From NCBI RefSeq assembly GCF_036321535.1, contig NC_087437.1:6696001-6760000 (forward strand): DNA of 64,000 nucleotides. The letters are read 5' to 3'. The stretch comes from Camelus dromedarius. Lineage: Eukaryota. How positions within the stretch are numbered: position 1 is the first letter of the stretch; every line of letters begins with the position of its first letter. Position numbers and translations under genes: made by a program. This document shows, piece after piece, positions 57,951 through 64,000 of the stretch. The notes beneath the pieces are model-generated. The model had not been told where the DNA came from. It made no database searches and saw only the letters and a program-made list of their open reading frames with translations.

Positions 57951-59440
57951 AATAAACAAACAAAACCCAAATGGCAAGTTAAAGAAAAAGAAATCATTCA
58001 ACATAGTGGAGTTTCCTGGCAAGTTTTATGGGATCCAAGCACTGGAGTTGATCCCACAGCCATGAGAACTCTGCCATCAGTTTTGATGATAAGAGCTTGG
58101 AGCAAAGTTATCAACTCGGCAATATGACTATAAATGAAAATACCCATTTTCTTCTCATAAAGAGAAAACAGCAATTTGGATTTATAATAATGAGGACTGT
58201 CAGGGATTCTTGGGTTCTTCTGGATTAGAGGTCTTGAAGAATGGTTATCCAAGGTAAGTGGGGTGATGAAAATCAAATATTCTCCATCAAAAAGATGTCT
58301 TTTTCCTTTTTCTTGAGAAAATGACTAGAGTGGTGCCAGGTTACATAGCCTAACATCATTACAAGTAGTTTACAGACCAGTTGAGGGACTGTGTAATCTT
58401 TCATACTCAAAGCCATGTGTATAGCTGGGCTGGGTGCCCCTCTAACCCAAAGAGGGCCAGATTTGCACTTAATATTGTCAGCCGTATGTTTTCACATTGT
58501 CCATTACAATGCGACGGAATTCTGGTGGTGCTGCTGGGGAAAGCGCTCCACCATCAGTGTGGCTGCCGTGGGTGGATAGGGTAGCGTCCCTGTCCTTAGG
58601 CTGGGAGAAGGCAGAACCGTGGCTCTTGTGTGGTGGATGTTCAAGGGGATTCCTGCGTGAAAGTCCCCACTTCACCCCTGGTTGACTAAAAAAGTTCATG
58701 AAACATTGTTTTCCCCGAAGACTACAAGACGATCTTGTGTCCAATGTCACTAGACTCTGAGGGCAGTACCCAGACTTATAAAATCTCCTTATTAAAAGGA
58801 CTGAAAAGTTTCCTTCATTCAGTACATTCAGTTCCTTTCATTACACTGAGCAGGACTGTGAGGTCTAAATTATTAACCTCCATCCAAGCTCTCACTCTGG
58901 TCGGAGGTGAAGCTGAACCCATCTCTCTCTCCCCATCTGCTGACTCAGAGGAAAAACCACCCCAGGGCAGACCTCACTGAGAACCAAAGAGGAAAGGACA
59001 GCGCGAGTGGGGTTTAGAGAAAGTAAAGAAGTCACTCCAAAGTCAACATTCACAATCAAGGCATAGACAGGAGCATGCAAGGTCAGAAGAAAGGAAGAAA
59101 GGAAGAATGCTAAACCCTGGTGCGTGTAAAAAGCTCAGGGCAAAACTCCCTCTGCAACAGCACCAAGGAGCTCTCTGCTGTGCGTTCCAAACGGAGCAGC
59201 ACCCCCACCGGTGTCAATAGGAGATCGGCACTCAAAAGCAGTGAGGCAATGGCAATAAAGACGTACAGCGTACAAAGAAAGAAAAATACCACACCAGCAA
59301 GAATAACTGCCTAACGTGGGAGCTGAGCAGGGAATTTCTGCCCTCAGCAACCAGAACAGGAGCGCAGGGTGGGCACCAAGGGAGCCCATCTCTCCAGGTC
59401 TTAGCTTGTGTCCCGAATCCCTAAAATTTGGAGCCTAAAT

Positions 59441-59619
59441 CAGTGGATGGAAAAGCTGGTGGCGCATTTGAATCAACTGGGGAGTTTTTAAAACGTAACA
59501 ATACCCTCAGTCCATCCCCAGAGATTCTGGTTTAATTGATCTGAGGAGGAGCTTAGGCATCAGTGTCTTTTAAAAGCTCCCCTGCTGATTCGAAGGTACA
59601 GACAGGTTGAGATCCACTG
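59441..59619. mobile_element. MER5B-like MITE
   Basis: CAGTGGAT..GAATCAACTGGGGAGTTTTTAAAA..CCCCAGAGATTCTGGTTTAATTG..AAAAGCTCCCC..GGTTGAGATCCACTG; CAGTGGAT/ATCCACTG inverted termini. Confidence 0.85.
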
Positions 59620-60841
59620 CTCACACCATGAAACTGTGCCAGAGATTTTGTGTCTGTGGCGCAGGCAGTAGGGTGGTCAGCAGACTGACTCTCCGTTCTG
59701 CAGCAAGGGCTAAGGAATGCAGGCTGAATTAAATATTCGTTTATGAAAACTGTTGAAAAAAGAAAGTATTGATCTTACTTGAGAGACTTTTATGTTAGTC
59801 AATTAAATTAGTACTGCACCTTTCTACTAGTAAAATAAGAGTACCATTACTATATGGAAATATAATGTTCCATAATATTTTTATTGTGAGACAGGGGACA
59901 CGTCTTACTGCACTCAAATGTACAGTTTACGCACGACTGTAAAGTTAGCTGTACTCCATAAACAGGCGATATAGATCTTAGATATCTCTTTTAAGATCAG
60001 TTGGAAGGAAAATTCTTTATTCCTTAGCAACACCATAGGAAGCAGGATTGCCTCCAAGAAAAAAAATCCTTATCTTTCCTAATTATTCCACACGAAAAGG
60101 CAATAGAATATTCTATTATTCTAATATTTGAAGGGGAATCAATGCTTTTCTGTTAATTCTCATGTACATTACTCAAATATTGCAAAGGAAACCTGAAAAG
60201 ATATTTATTCTGCTTTTATTATTATTTTTTTTTTAGTGCTACTCACTGAATCACCCTAAAACAAGAACCGAGAGATGTATTTTCCCTGAATTTTATATAC
60301 TACAATAGGAAACAACACAACATGTAGGAAGGTTATGTGTTTTGGGTTGTCGGGGGGCTGATAGTTTCAAGCACAGTACAATTAAGCATATTACTTGAGC
60401 ATTTTCACTTTAGGCTATTTGGAAATGTGTCATTTAAAATGTGGAATCCTGGCACAAGATTTTCACACTGAAATTTTTTCAAAACTATCTAAAATGTGTC
60501 TTATTTGTGAAAATGCATCTTATTAATCCATTGTGATATAAAATAACAGCTGCTAATATGATTTTAAAGTTTGTAATAAAGTGCATCAAAATGTCTATAG
60601 AATGGATCATGACAGCACAGCCAACAAGCGATATTTCGGGGACTTTTAATATGTAAGTAAAATGCCAACATGGCAGAAAATGAAAACTCCCAAATGTATC
60701 TTTTCTGATTTTGATTTTGACATTTATTCTTCTAATGTGGACCCCAACCCCACTTGCCCTAGGTATTTCTATTATTTGAAAGGAAGATGAAGGCAGTAGT
60801 CATTGATACTAAAGTAAGTGTTACAACCCCTGGTGTCAGCC

Positions 60842-61245
60842 TGTATCAGTCAGCTATTGCCACAATAATGCTGTGTAACAAACTACTTTAGCTCAGTTGT
60901 TTAGAATTGCTTATTCCAGTGTCTATGGATCAGCTGGGGTTTGGCTGATCTAGGCTGGGCTCAGTTATGCTTGACTCCATAGTGCAGATTGAGTCCCTTT
61001 CTGTTCTGAGTCTCTCATTCTCCTTGGATCAGTAGCTACCCAAGACACTTTCTTTTCATGGCAGTGGTACATGTGCAAGAAAGATGAGTAGAAACACATG
61101 AGACATTCCAAGGTGTAAGCTTGGAATTGGCACATTGTCATGTCTACGTGCATTGCATTAGCCAAAGCAAATCATTTAGCCAAACCTGACAAAAATGACA
61201 CAGGTATGGGAAATATCGTCTACCTCTGATGGGAAGAATTGCATC
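60842..61245 (-). mobile_element. MaLR LTR (MLT1G/H-like)
   Basis: TGTATCAGTCAGCTATTGCCACAATAATGCTGTGTAACAAAC..GGCTGATCTAGGCTGGGCTCAG..CATTAGCCAAAGCAAATCA. Confidence 0.8.
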
Positions 61246-61429
61246 AATAACAATAATGCAAACCACAAAATGGCCCATAATTTCTCTAGAAAATGCCTAT
61301 GACCCTCTTTGGAGGACAGCTGCAGGTGACAATTGCAGCTGTTTGCAGTGGTGAGAGGGCAGAAATCTTGCATGGTGGTGGTTTTCCTTTGAAGTCACTG
61401 ATTTGATATCAACATTATCATATAGTCCT

Positions 61430-61625
61430 GTTAGAGATGACATAGTGTAAGAGTGCAGTTTCTGATGCTAGACTGCCAGGGTCAAAATCCCATCTTCAAC
61501 AATTACTGTCTTTGTGACTTTGAGCAAGTTACTTAACTGCTCTGTTCTTTGTCTCATCTATAAATGTGAGGAACAGTGATTCGTAACTCATAGAGTTGTT
61601 TCAATAATCAAAGGAGTTAGTGTTT
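61430..61625 (+). mobile_element. MIR SINE
   Basis: AGACTGCCAGGGTCAAAATCCCA..TGTGACTTTGAGCAAGTTACTTAACTGCTCTG..CTCATCTATAAATG..CTCATAGAGTTGTT. Confidence 0.85.
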
Positions 61626-62439
61626 CTAAGTATTAACTTTAAAAAATGAATAGTCATCTTCAGCCAGAGTAATATGTGACCATTCTAGTCTTCCATCTTT
61701 TATTCTCCATGTTGCTTCTGAAATATAAACTTCCAGAGGGCAGGAGCCATGCCTACTTTACATTCTGTGTGGATTTTCCAGTAAATCATCATATTTGGTG
61801 AATGGCTAACGTGAGATGGTGGCTAATACAAGTAAAGATTATTTTCTTTCCACATCTGTCTGTCTACCAAAACTGGTTTATGCCAATTCCATGACTGTAT
61901 TTACGTCTTGTTGGAAAACCATAGCAAATTAAATCTAAGAAAACCAAACCAATAATCCATTCAAAATACATTTTTAGGCATCTACTGTGGGTGAAGAACC
62001 TTGCTAGAAGATGGGGAACAGGGTCTGGGGGGTGGGAATTCCAAAGATGCAAAAAGGATGTCCTGTTCTCTTAAATAGCCTCAACTCTATCAGGAAAGAT
62101 AAAACAAATGAGTTGGGTACAGTGAAGCCAAATAGGAAGGTGCATGCTACTAGGAAGGTAGCAGGAAAAGCTTTGGATGAGCTGAGTGAAGAGCTATTTT
62201 CATTGTTAGGTGAGTTTACATATCTGTAGAATGGAAATAAGAACAGTATTTATCTCATATAGCTGTTTTGAGGATTGATATTAAAGCAATTATAATATTA
62301 TTAATCACTATTGTTAGTAGCAGGATGTCTAGTTCTCATCTTCCAAAATATTGTCCTCTAAAATTTTTTTATCCTCTAATATTATTATTCTTCTTATTGC
62401 TATAATCATCTTTTATGTTATTATTTTACTTTTTATAGC

Positions 62440-63670
62440 CAATGCTAAGTTATATTTTCCCACATTTAATCATTTAGTTTATTTGCTCTCCATTACTTCC
62501 TCCATTGCTTCTTCTGAGTTCAATTTATTTTCTTGCTGAAGTAGATCCTTCAGTTGTGCTTAGAGGGAGTTATTTTTATAATATAAACTTTCTCATCTTT
62601 TCTTGTCTAAAAATGTATTCATTTTGCTCTCAAGCTTTAACCATACTTTATCTTGGTACAGAATTCTGAGTTGATGGTTATTTTCCCTCAGCACTTTAGA
62701 ATTATTATTTTATTATCTTTTACCTGTATTATTGTGGGTAGAAATATGCAGTTTCTTTGGAAACATTAGTCATTTCTCTCTGATTGTTTTCATAGTTTAC
62801 AATTCTCTGTTGACATTCTCCATTTGTTTCCTAATAGTGTTTAAGTTTTCCTTCATATCCTTGAACATATTTATATTTTCTGTTTGAAAGTCCTCTGCTA
62901 ATTTCATCATTTTTTTTCATTTTAGTCTTTGTATTGACCATTTTTTCTTTTTATTATAAGTCAAATGTTCTTGCTACTTCCCATGGCAAAAATAATACAG
63001 TAATTTCTGATAGTATGCAAGACATTGTCAATCAAACATTCTTGAATGTCTAGATTTTGTCATCTTTCTTTAAAGAGTCTTGAGGTTTTTTCCTGGAAGG
63101 CAGTTAATTTACTTGAGGTTCATCTTGACATATTCAAGGCTTGTTCTAAAATTTGGTGAGTGGGCTTTCCTCTAGGCTTAGACTAAATCTATTTCCAATG
63201 TGTAGTCTGTTTAGGATCTTTACTAAACTCTTAGGGTGTTCATTTGAGTTTTACTACCTTCATTATTTGAAACCAAAACAATTATTCAGGCCTATGTGAT
63301 CTCCAGAATCTTCTATGTAACTGTTCTTTTCTCAATAATTGTTCTTCGCCCAGTCTCTTGAAGTTTCACCCTGTGCACACGTGCAACTTAGTATTTTACC
63401 GGAAGTTCCAGGAAAGCTCTGTGCAAGTTCAAGAGCTATTTTTCTATGTAATTACTCTTCTTTTGTACTTTGCCCTCCATATTCCATTTACCTCAGGAGC
63501 CCTGATTCTGACCTTTGTTGGCTCAGCTCAGTGAGACTTCAGTTCCCTGCCTGGATCTCTCCTGCCTGCACCACAGTCTGAAAAGTGCTTCTGGACAGTA
63601 AGCTGAGGTGATGACATTTTTTTTCTCTCTCAAGGATCACAGTCACTTCTTTTTATTGTCCAGTGTCTGA
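62440..63670 (-). mobile_element. Old L1 (L1M-type) fragments, ORF1/5' side
   Basis: T-rich antisense L1 motifs: CTTGTCTAAAAATGTATTCATTTT, GGTACAGAATTCTGAGTTGATGGTTATTTTCCCTCAGCACTTT, CTCAGCTCAGTGAGAC. Confidence 0.7.
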
Positions 63671-63843
63671 GGGGGAGGGTGTAGCTCAAGTGGTAGTGTG
63701 TGTGCTTAGCATGCATGAAGTCCTGGGTTCAATCCGCAGTACCTCCTCTAAAAATAGATAAATAAATAAAATTAATCACCCCCCAACAAAAAATAAAATT
63801 AAAAAAATGAACGAATTAATAAAAATTTAAGAAATATATTTTA
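63671..63843 (+). mobile_element. Vic-1-type tRNA-Ala-derived SINE
   Basis: GGGGGAGGGTGTAGCTCAAGTGGTAG..GCTTAGCATGCATGAAGTCCTGGGTTCAATCCGCAGTACCTCC plus A-rich tail. Confidence 0.92.
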
Positions 63844-64000
63844 GGGAAAGGGTATAGCTCAGTGGCAGAAGTGCATGCCTAGCATGCACCAGGTCCTGGA
63901 TTCAGTCTCCAGTACCTCCATCAAATCAGTCAACCAATCAATCGATCGATCAGTCGATCTAGTTACCCCCCCAAAAAACAAAACAGCAACAACAACAACA
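63844..64000 (+). mobile_element. Second Vic-1-type SINE in tandem, within the tail of the first
   Basis: GGGAAAGGGTATAGCTCAGTGGCAGAAGTGCATGCCTAGCATGCACCAGGTCCTGGATTCAGTCTCCAGTACCTCCA plus (CAA)n tail. Confidence 0.92.

Noticed and set aside
58060..58253. Coding exon ending at AAG|GTAAGT
   Set aside because: Weak acceptor, and no frame is open across the whole interval
59157..59177. REST/NRSF site (CAGCACCAAGGAG)
   Set aside because: Only the left half matches; the GACAG right half is missing

Overview
Mammalian, repeat-rich, apparently non-coding DNA (intergenic or deep intronic). It is very likely camelid: five tRNA-Ala(AGC)-derived Vic-1-type SINEs and cetartiodactyl-type L1 3' ends are present. 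I recognise no protein-coding gene, and the supplied ORFs are short, repeat-derived or low-complexity. Most identifiable sequence is transposon-derived: L1, L2, an ancient CR1/L3 with readable RT motifs, MIR, MamSINE1, MaLR/ERVL LTRs, an ERV1-type solo LTR with a 4-bp TSD, and MER2/MER5/MER33/MER58 DNA transposons. Repeat families were called by recall of consensus sequences, not by a database search, and boundaries without TSDs are approximate. Unique stretches hold CpG-rich patches and clusters of developmental transcription-factor motifs. The best leads are a ~100-nt hairpin at 39356-39459 whose non-Watson-Crick stem pairs are all G-U on the + strand, an unexplained TSD-flanked polyadenylated insert at 12558-12776, a triple-nested transposon, several enhancer-like motif clusters and candidate non-coding exons. 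I see no convincing evidence of a wholly new biological system.
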